Assembly: GCA_040755455.1 (NCBI GenBank)
Contig: JBFMAY010000004.1
Location: 60,586 to 124,585, forward strand
Length of the DNA: 64,000 nt
DNA from: Thermodesulfobacteriota bacterium
GTDB lineage: Bacteria > Desulfobacterota > Desulfobulbia > Desulfobulbales > SURF-16
Reading direction: 5' to 3'
This document shows, in pieces, positions 41,304-50,929 of the stretch. The stretch's first letter is position 1, and every line of letters begins with the position of its first letter. The notes under the pieces were generated by a model. It worked only from the letters and a program-made list of their open reading frames with translations, searched no databases and was not told the origin of the DNA. A program made the translations under genes and the position numbers.

Positions 41304-41729
41304 TGTACACCTCCTGTTTCATGATAGTGAACATGATCATGTTTAATAAATACTGAGTTCCCTGCCCGCAGGCGAGTTATTGCGGCAAAACAAAAAAGAA
41401 AGAAAACAGGATAGCATGCACCGGGGAAAAAACTTCATCAAAACATGGGAATCCGCCATCACAATTGCGCAGGGGTTAAATGAGTATTACAGGCACAACA
41501 AATCTGCGATTTTGATAACCGAAAATATTCACACTGATAAAAAACCAATGAACTCAATAACTCATTGGACTTTTATCATAATTTGCAGCTCCTCATCTAT
41601 TATATGTGGAAAAAAAAATTTAACTCAACAAAAAACTTTACCCATCATAACAAACTAATTAACCCAAAAAAAACAACGAGCAATCACTTTTTTAAAGAAT
41701 TGCATAGTCATTATGCATAGGGTAATGAA

Positions 41730-41745
41730 TGGCAGGTCCTTTGCT
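41730..41745 (+). promoter_or_regulatory. Putative sigma54 (-24/-12) promoter
   Basis: TGGCAGGTCCTTTGCT, with GG-N10-GC spacing, about 190 nt upstream of the kinase gene in an AT-rich intergenic region. Confidence 0.6.
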
Positions 41746-41935
41746 TGAGGAACCATAGAGACCGGACAACCCTTGATCGATAAAACATGCCTTAAAACAT
41801 TACTTGTTAACTTCGATGCAATCTTTTATATTTGATGGGATTATTGGAGATTAAAATGCACCCAAATAGGGCATCAAGCTGCAAGGCATTACTTTCCACA
41901 CCTCACAAAGCCAATATGGCAAGGATTCCCAGCCG

Positions 41936-44185
41936 TTGAATCTACTGCGAGTTCGAGATATCAGTCTCAAATGGAAGCTCATCATCCCTTTCTTTTTCCT
42001 TGCCATTACAGGAGCCGCCTCGATATTTGCGGTTTCGGATCGTTTCCAGAACAACATCATCCATGTCAACGAAGAACAACGGCTTAGAGACCAATACAAG
42101 TATTTTCTGGATGATATTGTGTCCAAAGAAAACATGGCCATGGGCCTGGCATATTCGGTGGCAAAAAACCCTGATGTAGCAGCGGCCTTCGCCGCAAGAG
42201 ACCGGGCCCGGCTGATTGATCTTATGCTGCCGGTCTATGAGATCCTGCAGAGGGATTATGGCGTCAAGCAGTTTCATTTTCATGTGCCACCGGCCACCTC
42301 GTTCCTGCGTCTTCATGCCTTGACCCAATACGGCGATGAAATGGAATCCTATCGGCATACAATTAATCTGGCCAGGCAAAGCGGAACCGGGGTGAGTGGC
42401 ATAGAGACAGGTGCCTTTGGTCTCAGCATACGAAGCGTGGTGCCCGTGTTTCATGAAGGCAAACAGATCGGCACCTTTGAGATCGGCCTTTCCCTGGAAC
42501 AACCGCTCCTGGATGAATTCAAGAAAATCTTTGGTACGGATATTCTGTTTTACATTCGGGAGGCCCCTGACGTAAAAAGTCCCAAGGTTTTTGCATCGAC
42601 CATGGCAAAGGGACTGCTTACCTCTGATTTTTTCAATCGCTGTTTTGAGACTGGAGAGGTGTTGATTCAGGAAGGCAAACTGGGCGATCGCCATGTCGCC
42701 AGCATTTTTGGTCCGGTCCGCGATTTTTCCTCCCGGGTGATAGCGGTGGTTGAGATCAGTGTTGACAGAGGGCCTACCCTGGCTCTTCTCAAGCAATACG
42801 GGACCATTGCCTCTGTCATCGGCGCAACCGCCCTTGTCTTTTCCATCATTTTCATCTGGTGCGTGTCCATCGTTTTTGTCAAGCGCATCAGTGAGGTTGT
42901 AAAGGCTTCAAAAGAAATCGCCGCCGGCCAGCGCGATACCATGATCCCGGAGGATAGTGCGGACGAACTGGGCACAATGGCCCGGTCCATCAACAAGATG
43001 CTTGCTTCACTGGAGGCCTCGCGCAAACGGCTCAAGAGTTATTCGCAGAATCTGGAGGTAATGGTCGATCAGCGCACGCGTAACCTCAAGGAATCAGAGA
43101 GAACGTATCGCACCCTGGTGGAAAATGTGCCGTTAATCGTCTATATGATTTCAACAGACGGCGTGGTCGTTTTTTTAAACAGATCCGTTGAACAGATGAT
43201 GGGGATGTCACCTGAGCAGTTGAACGGCCATCATTCATTATGGGATGAGCACATACATCCTGATGACCGGGACCGCGTTATTGCCCGGCGCACGGAATGT
43301 CTGCGAGAGGGGAAAGATCTCCATGTCGATTACCGGATGATTCACACAGATCACCATATCGTCTATGGGGTTGAACATGCCGTTGCGGTATATGACGAGG
43401 ATAATGAATTTATCCGCATGGATGGGATTGTCGTCGATGTGACGATTCAGAAAGAACTGCAGGAAAAAATTCTTCAATCCGAGGAACTGGAAACCCTGAG
43501 TCAGATTTCCGCCCGCATGGCCCACGAACTGAGGAATCCTCTGACCGCCATCGGTGGGTTGACACGAAGGTTGATCAAAACTTTCGACGAAACGGACCCA
43601 AGAACCAAAAAGGGTGATTTGATCATCGAGCAGGTGGAAAAGCTCGAAAGAATTCTGCTGATGATGTTGGCCTATATCGGCCCCCAGTCCATTCAGCTGC
43701 AGCCCTCCGACCTCAATCCCGTGGTATTGAAGGCGGTGGAAACCGTACGGTTGGAATATTACAACCAGGACTTTTCCATCAAAACAACCTTTGACGAGAG
43801 AATTCCCCAGCTGCAACTCGACCCGACAAAACTTAAAACCGTGCTGATCAACCTGATGGAAAATGCCTATCACCGCATGGGGCAGAAAGGTGATATGCAT
43901 GTGAAGACAAGGAAGATCGGCGAACATGCGGCAATCACTCTTTCCTTCCGCGTGCCCTTTATCTCAGACGATGACATTAAAGACTTTTTCTATCCCTTTG
44001 CTGTAGCCTATCCCTTTGCTAAAGGGGCGACAAACGGAGATATCATGGATGTGCCCATCGCCAAGGTTGTTATTCATAATCACGGCGGCATTATAAACGT
44101 AGGCAAAGAAGACAAAAATCTTGTGTGGATTGATATCTCTCTTCCTCTCAAACATGAGGCCTCTGTGTTACAGCCCAGTTCCTAG
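41936..44185 (+). CDS. Membrane sensor histidine kinase-like protein (Cache-HAMP-PAS-HisKA-degenerate HATPase)
   Basis: TM segment, Cache-like QFHFH..SFLRLH, HAMP DELGTMA, PAS IHPDDR, H-box AHELRNPL, N-box NLMENA; G1 and G2 boxes absent. Confidence 0.85.
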   Translation: MNLLRVRDISLKWKLIIPFFFLAITGAASIFAVSDRFQNNIIHVNEEQRLRDQYKYFLDDIVSKENMAMGLAYSVAKNPDVAAAFAARDRARLIDLMLPVYEILQRDYGVKQFHFHVPPATSFLRLHALTQYGDEMESYRHTINLARQSGTGVSGIETGAFGLSIRSVVPVFHEGKQIGTFEIGLSLEQPLLDEFKKIFGTDILFYIREAPDVKSPKVFASTMAKGLLTSDFFNRCFETGEVLIQEGKLGDRHVASIFGPVRDFSSRVIAVVEISVDRGPTLALLKQYGTIASVIGATALVFSIIFIWCVSIVFVKRISEVVKASKEIAAGQRDTMIPEDSADELGTMARSINKMLASLEASRKRLKSYSQNLEVMVDQRTRNLKESERTYRTLVENVPLIVYMISTDGVVVFLNRSVEQMMGMSPEQLNGHHSLWDEHIHPDDRDRVIARRTECLREGKDLHVDYRMIHTDHHIVYGVEHAVAVYDEDNEFIRMDGIVVDVTIQKELQEKILQSEELETLSQISARMAHELRNPLTAIGGLTRRLIKTFDETDPRTKKGDLIIEQVEKLERILLMMLAYIGPQSIQLQPSDLNPVVLKAVETVRLEYYNQDFSIKTTFDERIPQLQLDPTKLKTVLINLMENAYHRMGQKGDMHVKTRKIGEHAAITLSFRVPFISDDDIKDFFYPFAVAYPFAKGATNGDIMDVPIAKVVIHNHGGIINVGKEDKNLVWIDISLPLKHEASVLQPSS

Positions 44186-44210
44186 AACAATTGTCCTTCC
44201 CTGGCAAAAA

Positions 44211-44263
44211 CACCAAAAAAACAAGGGGTAGCCGCCATCCGGGCCCCCTTGTTTTTTTTGGTG
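44211..44263. terminator. Bidirectional intrinsic terminator between convergent genes
   Basis: CACCAAAAAAACAAGGGG ... CCCCTTGTTTTTTTTGGTG inverted repeat with A/T tracts on both sides. Confidence 0.75.
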
Positions 44264-44278
44264 CAAAGCAAATGCCTT

Positions 44279-46282
44279 TTAGAATCGATGGCACTTTACA
44301 CACTTAATCCCTTCTTGAACATGTTCGCCATGGCTCGCGGAACCTTGCCAGGACTCCATCCCATGGCAGTCGTTGCAGAGATCGCTCTTCGCTTTCACCA
44401 GACCGGCCGGTTCCGTTGTGTGACAACTGGTGCAGGCCATTGCGGCTTCGCCGGAAGCATGTTTATTGTGCATGGCGGTCCATGACAGATTCTCGGCCTC
44501 ATGGCAGAGCGTGCAATTGCGGACCTTGGCCGGCCAGGTATGATAGCCGAGTTCCGCAAAGGGAATCATTTTGGTGCCGTCAGCCGTTTTGCCGCTGCTG
44601 TCGTGACACTCGGCGCATGACGGGGCTTTGCTCTTCGGCTCAACCCCATGAGTGATGAGCATTTCGGCATCAACATCAACAAATGTATAATTTCCCGTCA
44701 TGCCCTCCTCGCTCATTCCTTCCTCGACAGCCCTGTCAAAATCACCAGTCATGAACATCCACATAATTGCCGGCGGAACTATTTTACCGCTCTCATGCAG
44801 AGGCATAATACTGAAATGACGCTTGATCGGCACAATCTTTGATTTGCCGTCAAACGGCCCACCGTTTGCCTTGGCCATGGGATAGACACCACGCTGGTCC
44901 GCCTCGATGGTTTCGCCGATATTATAGACGGAGGAAGTCCCATCAAACCACACATACTCGGGCTTGACATTTGCCGCCTTCACCTCTTCGCCGACGAAAC
45001 CGCCCTGTCCGTTGCAGAAGGCCGCATTCCATTGCGGCTGCAACCAGTCCCGGGACATTTCCGTTGCCCCGCCTTTGGCAAAGGTACGGATATGGCAGAC
45101 CTGGCAGCTGACCTGCCCCTTCGCATGCCGGTTCAAGGTGGCGCTACTGTGCGGCGCGGCGGCATGGCAATCCGTACACTTCGGGTCCGGAGCCTCGGTC
45201 TGCCGGAGGTCAATACCGCGGCCGCCGATCCTGTGATCAACCGCTTTATGACACGCCGTGCAGGTCAGATCGGCCCCGGCGGGTGACATATGCACATCCT
45301 GGTCAACCGTCGGATTTGCGGTATTCATCCCCATGTCTCCACGTTTGGTCCAGTCGCCGCCCCCGGCTTTGGCATGGCACCGCAGGCAGGAAGTCCTGGT
45401 CGGCAGATGGACGTTGCGGGCGATATCGACCATGGTCGTGCCCGGAGGCATCTTGCTGAAATCAGGTTCGGTCACATAATCGCCATTTGCATCAACCAGC
45501 CCGAAAACATAGGTTTTTGTCTCGCCATTGATATTGGTCACTGTTTCCGTGCTGTTCGGGTCCTCGACAAATTTCCTTTGATAGGTATCACTATGGCACA
45601 TGAGACAGTCAACATCATTTAATTCCGGGGGATGCGGCGCGTTGCCGTCAGCGCGGACATGACAGGAGAAACAGGCGCCTTTTGAGGTCATGGCATAGGT
45701 GCAAAAGGTGTTAATGCCGGCCACCGCCTTGCCGAGATCCTCGCCAGTGGTGTTGGACAGCTCCGGGGTTGGGCCGGACCATTGCATATGCAGGCTGTCG
45801 AGCATGTCCTGCGCTTCTATCTTGTGGCAGGCAATACAGGTGGACGGCCCGTCATAACTTTGAATACTCTGATGGGCGGCAACAGGCTCTGCGCCGCCCC
45901 CATCAACAACGGACGCCGCGACAGAAAATTCCCTTTTCTTGGTTGCCTTATTATTGCCGCTGCTGAGGCGGCATTCGTATTGCCACTGGCCGGGATCAAC
46001 ATTTTCGCCGAGCTCGTATTGATAGGATGCCACCTTTCCTTTGATTTTCATTGACGCAAGTCTGACTATTTTGTTGCTGGCTGCGTCCCAAATCGTAACG
46101 TTGGCTTTGGTTAACTTATTTCCGTTCCACGTGCCGGTCCCCTGACAGATCAGATTGACGGTATTCCCAGGAGTGGCTGATTTCGGATTGACCTTCATAG
46201 TGATCCCCCTGGTTGCGGCATATCCGTGCCCGGACATGACCAGCAAGGAAAATATTCCCGCGGCAAAGACAATTTTTTTCAT
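44279..46282 (-). CDS. Periplasmic multiheme cytochrome c with 12 CxxCH motifs; octaheme tetrathionate reductase (OTR)-like core
   Basis: Signal peptide; CIACH, CFSCH, CLMCH, CLRCH, CTACH, CTDCH, CQVCH, CAECH, CTLCH, CTSCH, CNDCH, CVKCH; OTR-like GK...INTFC and DVHM motifs. Confidence 0.82.
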   Translation of the reverse strand: MKKIVFAAGIFSLLVMSGHGYAATRGITMKVNPKSATPGNTVNLICQGTGTWNGNKLTKANVTIWDAASNKIVRLASMKIKGKVASYQYELGENVDPGQWQYECRLSSGNNKATKKREFSVAASVVDGGGAEPVAAHQSIQSYDGPSTCIACHKIEAQDMLDSLHMQWSGPTPELSNTTGEDLGKAVAGINTFCTYAMTSKGACFSCHVRADGNAPHPPELNDVDCLMCHSDTYQRKFVEDPNSTETVTNINGETKTYVFGLVDANGDYVTEPDFSKMPPGTTMVDIARNVHLPTRTSCLRCHAKAGGGDWTKRGDMGMNTANPTVDQDVHMSPAGADLTCTACHKAVDHRIGGRGIDLRQTEAPDPKCTDCHAAAPHSSATLNRHAKGQVSCQVCHIRTFAKGGATEMSRDWLQPQWNAAFCNGQGGFVGEEVKAANVKPEYVWFDGTSSVYNIGETIEADQRGVYPMAKANGGPFDGKSKIVPIKRHFSIMPLHESGKIVPPAIMWMFMTGDFDRAVEEGMSEEGMTGNYTFVDVDAEMLITHGVEPKSKAPSCAECHDSSGKTADGTKMIPFAELGYHTWPAKVRNCTLCHEAENLSWTAMHNKHASGEAAMACTSCHTTEPAGLVKAKSDLCNDCHGMESWQGSASHGEHVQEGIKCVKCHRF

Positions 46283-46738
46283 AATTACTCCATGTTAAAT
46301 TTACTCTGGATTACTTCTTACGGGTTTACTATCCAAGTTACATTGCAGGCAGATTTTTCGCCTCCCCTCTTTAGTTTTTTGCAACGTCTGAACGCATCTC
46401 ATTGATACGGCATATTTATTTTGCTATGTACCTATTGAGTCATATGCGTCCGTAAGCAACCAGATGTGGTAATAGTAACGCTTGCGATTATAATGCAATA
46501 CTACATAGTGGCAGTGATGCGCTAAAAAGTTCCATGAATTGTGTTTCTCTGCACAAAAAAATCACATCTGCCAGCAATGATGAAGTGATGAAAGGACAAG
46601 AACCCAATAACATGGGGCTCTTTTGGAGATGGTGGTGGCAATCCAGGGTGGATGAGGAAAATGGGAGAAAAATGAACGGACTTAGGGGAATAGGTTAAAT
46701 TACTTTACAATCCGCAATGTTAAACAGCTCAACCAGTT

Positions 46739-47737
46739 TTAGAGACGATTACTACTGAACCATGCCACCAGCCGGGCAACGCCCTCGTCCGTCGAAACCG
46801 CCGGGCAATAACCTAGATCCCGCCGGGCCTTTTCAATGGAAAACCAATGGGATTTCGCCAGCTGCTCGGCGAGAAATCTCGTCATGGGCGGCTCCTCGCT
46901 TTTTCCCAGTAGAAAATATATCTTTTCACAGACAAATCCTGCGGCATAGGCCTGGTGGAAACCGACCTGCCTGCTCACTCTAGGGATTCCCAGCCGGGCA
47001 AAAAGGTCATTGATCCAGTGCCAGAGGTTGACCGGCTCACCCTGGGAGATAAAGTGGGCCTGGCCGGCAGCGCTTGCCGAATACTCAAGATTTTCAGCCG
47101 CCAGCAGATGGGCGCTAGCAACATTATCAATATAGGAGATGTCCACCAGATTTTCACCGGTGCCGACGATCTTAAGCTGCCTGCTGCGGCCTCGGGCAAC
47201 AAGACGCGGGATGAGGTTGGTATCCCCCGGCCCCCATACCAGATGCGGCCGCAGGGCCGTGGTCAGCATCTGCCGGCAATTTGCCCCCAGAACCATTTTC
47301 TCCGCCAGCACCTTGGTTGCCGCGTAGTGGCAGAGGAACCTGTCGGCATAAGGAGCCCCTTCATCAACCCCGGCAAGATCCCCGCCGCGAAACACCACGC
47401 TGGGCGTGCTGGTGTAGACCAGTCTTGTGATGCCGTTAGTCCTGCAGGCAGCCAGAACATTTTCCGTGCCCTGCACATTGATGGAAAAATAATCCTGATA
47501 ATCTCCCCAGATACCCGCCTTGGCCGCCACATGAAAAACCGTATCATGGTCCCTGAAAACGGACGAGAGAAAGCGCTGATCACGGATATCACCCCGGGCT
47601 ACCGTTGCCCCCATCGCAACCACATCGGGATAATCATGGCGGCCGATGACCGTGGTGCTGATGCCGCGGGCAACGAGCTGCCGCACCACAGCCTTGCCGA
47701 CAAAACCGCCGCCGCCGGTGACGATCACTTTCTTCAT
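46739..47737 (-). CDS. oleD: OleD-like 2-alkyl-3-oxoalkanoate reductase (3-beta-HSD/extended SDR family)
   Basis: TGGGGFVG, HVAAKAGIWG, YTSTPSVV, YAATK, LRPHLVWGPGD, PPMTRFLAEQL; ATGA overlap with the oleC stop. Confidence 0.85.
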   Translation of the reverse strand: MKKVIVTGGGGFVGKAVVRQLVARGISTTVIGRHDYPDVVAMGATVARGDIRDQRFLSSVFRDHDTVFHVAAKAGIWGDYQDYFSINVQGTENVLAACRTNGITRLVYTSTPSVVFRGGDLAGVDEGAPYADRFLCHYAATKVLAEKMVLGANCRQMLTTALRPHLVWGPGDTNLIPRLVARGRSRQLKIVGTGENLVDISYIDNVASAHLLAAENLEYSASAAGQAHFISQGEPVNLWHWINDLFARLGIPRVSRQVGFHQAYAAGFVCEKIYFLLGKSEEPPMTRFLAEQLAKSHWFSIEKARRDLGYCPAVSTDEGVARLVAWFSSNRL

Positions 47738-49362
47738 AAAACAGTCTCCCCTATCTTTTCCGCCGCCCACTCCGCCAGTTTTTCCCTGAAGATCTTGGCA
47801 TTGTGCCGGATATCAACCGGAAATGACGGGTGGATGAGAAAGCGGCTGATACCGGCAGTCAAAGGGCATTGCCGGCCAAGTTCCGCCAGTTCGGCGAAAA
47901 ACACCTGTTCATCGGCAATCCTTGCCCTGGGTTCGACAATCACCACCGGCAGTTGCCGGCCGGCCTCTCCGATGCCGACCAGGGCTGAGCGGAATACCTG
48001 GGGATGTTCGTTAAAAATCGCCTCACAGCAGACGGTATAGAGCGTCCCGCTTGCAGTCCGCACCCGGTGGGCTTTTCTGCCGCAGAACCACAGACGTCCC
48101 TTTTCATCGAGATATCCCATATCGCCCATGCGGTGCCAGAATGATTCGCCATCACTGATTTTGGCCAGGCTGTTTTCCAGGTCATTATGATCATAGGCCC
48201 TGGTGACCACATCCCCTTTGACGACGATTTCCCCGATTGCCCCAGGGGCAAGCAGCGAGATATCCCGCATATCTATCACCGGCCCTTCCACGGGTGCCAT
48301 GATCTTTATCTCGATGCCGGGCAGAGGCCGGCCGACACAGGTGCCATTGCCCTTTCTTGTCAGCGGCCATGTTTCCGCAACAATTTCCGTGCCGCTTATC
48401 GAGACAATCGGCAGTGACTCGGTGGCCCCGTAAGGGGTGAAAACCTCGCCCCCGGGTGCCATGATTTTTTTAACCCGTTCGACAAGTTCGCCGGACACAG
48501 GCGCGCCGGCCATGAGAATTTTCTTCACCCCGAGGGTAATCTTGTTTTCAAGACAATAGCGGCTGACCACATTCCAGATGGCGGGCGAACCGAAAGAATA
48601 GGTGACATCATGATCTTGTATCGTTTGCACGAATTTCCGCGGATCAACCCGGGCCGGGCGGGACGGGTCCATGTCGGGGATAACGGCGCATGCGCCCAGG
48701 GCCGTTGAAAAAAGGGCAAAAAGGGGGAAGGCCGGCTGGTCAATATCATAGGAGGTGATGCGGTAATAGTTGCGGATATACCGGAGCTGGGCGGCGAAGA
48801 TGCCATGGGTGTATTGCACCCCCTTTGGCGGGCCGGTGCTGCCAGTGGTGAAGATAATGGCTGCCAGCTCATCCCGGCCTGAGTCAACCATGTCATATGT
48901 TGTTCCGGCATGAGCGGCAAGGCGGGCCAGTGATCCGGCAAAGGGCCAGAACCCCGGACCGGCCAACAGGGAAATCCTGATGGTTGCAAAGGTCTTCCGA
49001 AAGATGGTCTTAAAAAGATGGGCCTTGCCGATGCCGACAAATACCGTGGGCCTGACCGATCCGATGCAGCGCAGCAGATTTCTGTAGCCCATGCCGGGAT
49101 CAATCAATATCACCACCGCTCCCAGTTGAAAAAGGGCAAAGGTGAGACAGACAAATTCCATGGAGGGTTTGACCATGAGCATGACCCGATCGCCTTTTCT
49201 GACACCCCTGGCAGCGAGCACATTGGCAAAACGGGCGCTGTTTGCCTGCAGTTCGGCAAATGTCCAGCGCCGACATCCTTTGGCGCACGGCACGATCAGG
49301 CCGGTCCGTTCGGGAAATTTGGCAGCTACTTCAACCAGGGTCTGGGCAATATTGTATGACAT
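47734..49362 (-). CDS. oleC: OleC-like olefin beta-lactone synthetase (AMP-dependent ligase)
   Basis: LIDPGMG, FTTGSTGPPKGV, FPLFALF, TPYGATESLP, WHRMGD, FCGRKAHRV, FPVDIRHNAKI. Confidence 0.88.
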   Translation of the reverse strand: MSYNIAQTLVEVAAKFPERTGLIVPCAKGCRRWTFAELQANSARFANVLAARGVRKGDRVMLMVKPSMEFVCLTFALFQLGAVVILIDPGMGYRNLLRCIGSVRPTVFVGIGKAHLFKTIFRKTFATIRISLLAGPGFWPFAGSLARLAAHAGTTYDMVDSGRDELAAIIFTTGSTGPPKGVQYTHGIFAAQLRYIRNYYRITSYDIDQPAFPLFALFSTALGACAVIPDMDPSRPARVDPRKFVQTIQDHDVTYSFGSPAIWNVVSRYCLENKITLGVKKILMAGAPVSGELVERVKKIMAPGGEVFTPYGATESLPIVSISGTEIVAETWPLTRKGNGTCVGRPLPGIEIKIMAPVEGPVIDMRDISLLAPGAIGEIVVKGDVVTRAYDHNDLENSLAKISDGESFWHRMGDMGYLDEKGRLWFCGRKAHRVRTASGTLYTVCCEAIFNEHPQVFRSALVGIGEAGRQLPVVIVEPRARIADEQVFFAELAELGRQCPLTAGISRFLIHPSFPVDIRHNAKIFREKLAEWAAEKIGETVL

Positions 49363-49391
49363 GGGCAAAAACGGCAATGGCGATTGATAAT

Positions 49392-50291
49392 TTATAACCA
49401 ACTGTTCAGCCGGGCAGAAGCAGCCTCAGCCAAAAATTTTTCAACCAGCGGGCCGATCCGATCAAAGGCATCTTCGAGCACATAGTGACCGGCGTTGGCA
49501 AAGTAATGGCACTCAGCCTGGGGAAATCTCGCCCGCCACTGCTCATAGAAATAGTCATTAAAACAGAAATCCCTGCCGCCCCAGCAGATCAGCATCGGGG
49601 TATGGTTAAAAAGAGGCAGCCCTTGCTCAATTTCCGTCAACGTCCGCCAGGACGGATCATTGGCGGATAAAGGGATATCCTGGACAAAGCGCAGGGTGGC
49701 GATGCGGTTTTTCCAGGAATCATAGGGCAGCAGATAACCCCGGGCAATTTCGTCGGGCATCTTCTTCACCACCGCCATATGGACCGCCGCCCCGGCAAAG
49801 GCATTGAGCCCGCGAATCAGCAGGGTGCCCAGCAGGGGCGTTCTGCAGATCCTGATGCGCCACGGGATTTTGCTTGAACGAAAGGCGGCCGTATTGAAAA
49901 TAACCAGGGAATTGATCTTCTCAGGATGCCGGACAGCATAGCCCATGCCGATGGCCCCACCCCAGTCATGCACCACAAGGGTAAGTTTTTTTACCCGCAG
50001 GGCTCCGAGGAGATCCTCGACATTGGCAATATGATTTGCCAAACAGTAGAAATAATCCTGGGGTTTGTCGGAAAGTCCGCAGCCGAGATGGTCCGGCACA
50101 ATCACCCGGTATCCCTGTTTCAGGAGCCCGGCAAGATTGCGATAAAAAAACGACCAGGAAGGATTGCCGTGCAGCATGACCACCATCGGCCCCTCCCCGA
50201 CATCAAGATAGGACATGGTATTGCCATCAGAAAGCCGGTGGGAGCAGGGGGAAAAGGGATAGCCAGGTACAATGGATTGCAACTCTGTCAT
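49392..50291 (-). CDS. oleB: OleB-like beta-lactone decarboxylase (haloalkane dehalogenase-like alpha/beta hydrolase)
   Basis: HGNPSWSFFYR, VHDWGGAIG, RIATLRFVQDIP, WGGRDFCF, GHYVLEDA; ATG 50291 lies 1 nt after the upstream stop. Confidence 0.85.
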   Translation of the reverse strand: MTELQSIVPGYPFSPCSHRLSDGNTMSYLDVGEGPMVVMLHGNPSWSFFYRNLAGLLKQGYRVIVPDHLGCGLSDKPQDYFYCLANHIANVEDLLGALRVKKLTLVVHDWGGAIGMGYAVRHPEKINSLVIFNTAAFRSSKIPWRIRICRTPLLGTLLIRGLNAFAGAAVHMAVVKKMPDEIARGYLLPYDSWKNRIATLRFVQDIPLSANDPSWRTLTEIEQGLPLFNHTPMLICWGGRDFCFNDYFYEQWRARFPQAECHYFANAGHYVLEDAFDRIGPLVEKFLAEAASARLNSWL

Positions 50292-50292
50292 G

Positions 50293-50874
50293 CTAACCAG
50301 AGGTATTTTCATCGGATGAACGGTTGCGGGAAGAAGACGGGAATGCATGCTCCTTGATCAGCTGCTGAAGATAGCCCAGATGTTCCTGCACCATGGCTTC
50401 CGTTTTTTTTCGTTCCTGTATTTCCTTTTCAAGTTGGGCATTCAGGGCAGTCAACTCCTCGGTCTGTCTCTGCAGATCGTCACGATGCTGCTTGAGATCA
50501 AGATGGGTCTTGATCCTGGACTTGACGATGGCCATATTGAAAGGTTTGCGAATATAATCCACTGCCCCGAGGGAAAGGCCCATGGCCTCATCTTCCTCAT
50601 CAACAAGAGCGGTAATAAACATCACCGGAATTTCGCGGGTGGCTTCATTTTCCTTCAGTTTCCTGCACACCTGATAGCCATCCATTTTGGGCATCATGAT
50701 ATCAAGGAGAATAAGATCGGGCTGGGGATCTTCTGCGGCGAGTTGCAGGGCGTCAGGGCCGTTATCGGCGAAGATGACATCATACTCCAGGCGAAGCATC
50801 TCCACCAGGATTCTGATATTTGCCGGAACGTCATCAACAAATAAAAGCCTAAATCTCCTTCGCTGTGCCGACAT
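50293..50874 (-). CDS. Response regulator: REC plus coiled-coil/S-helix, no output domain
   Basis: FVDD, LLDIMMP, FITA, RKPF, then a coiled coil ending EIQERKKTE; AAGGAG SD. Confidence 0.85.
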   Translation of the reverse strand: MSAQRRRFRLLFVDDVPANIRILVEMLRLEYDVIFADNGPDALQLAAEDPQPDLILLDIMMPKMDGYQVCRKLKENEATREIPVMFITALVDEEDEAMGLSLGAVDYIRKPFNMAIVKSRIKTHLDLKQHRDDLQRQTEELTALNAQLEKEIQERKKTEAMVQEHLGYLQQLIKEHAFPSSSRNRSSDENTSG

Positions 50875-50929
50875 GTTCTTTCTCCTTTACCGTACAAATC
50901 AGGTCATCGAACACCACTAGCCGCTCTCT

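Noticed and set aside
41304..41935. Long AT-rich intergenic region and 92-aa ORF 41380-41658; checked for riboswitch or CRISPR repeats
   Set aside because: No regularly spaced repeats or riboswitch consensus recognised; the ORF looks like translated AT-rich regulatory DNA.
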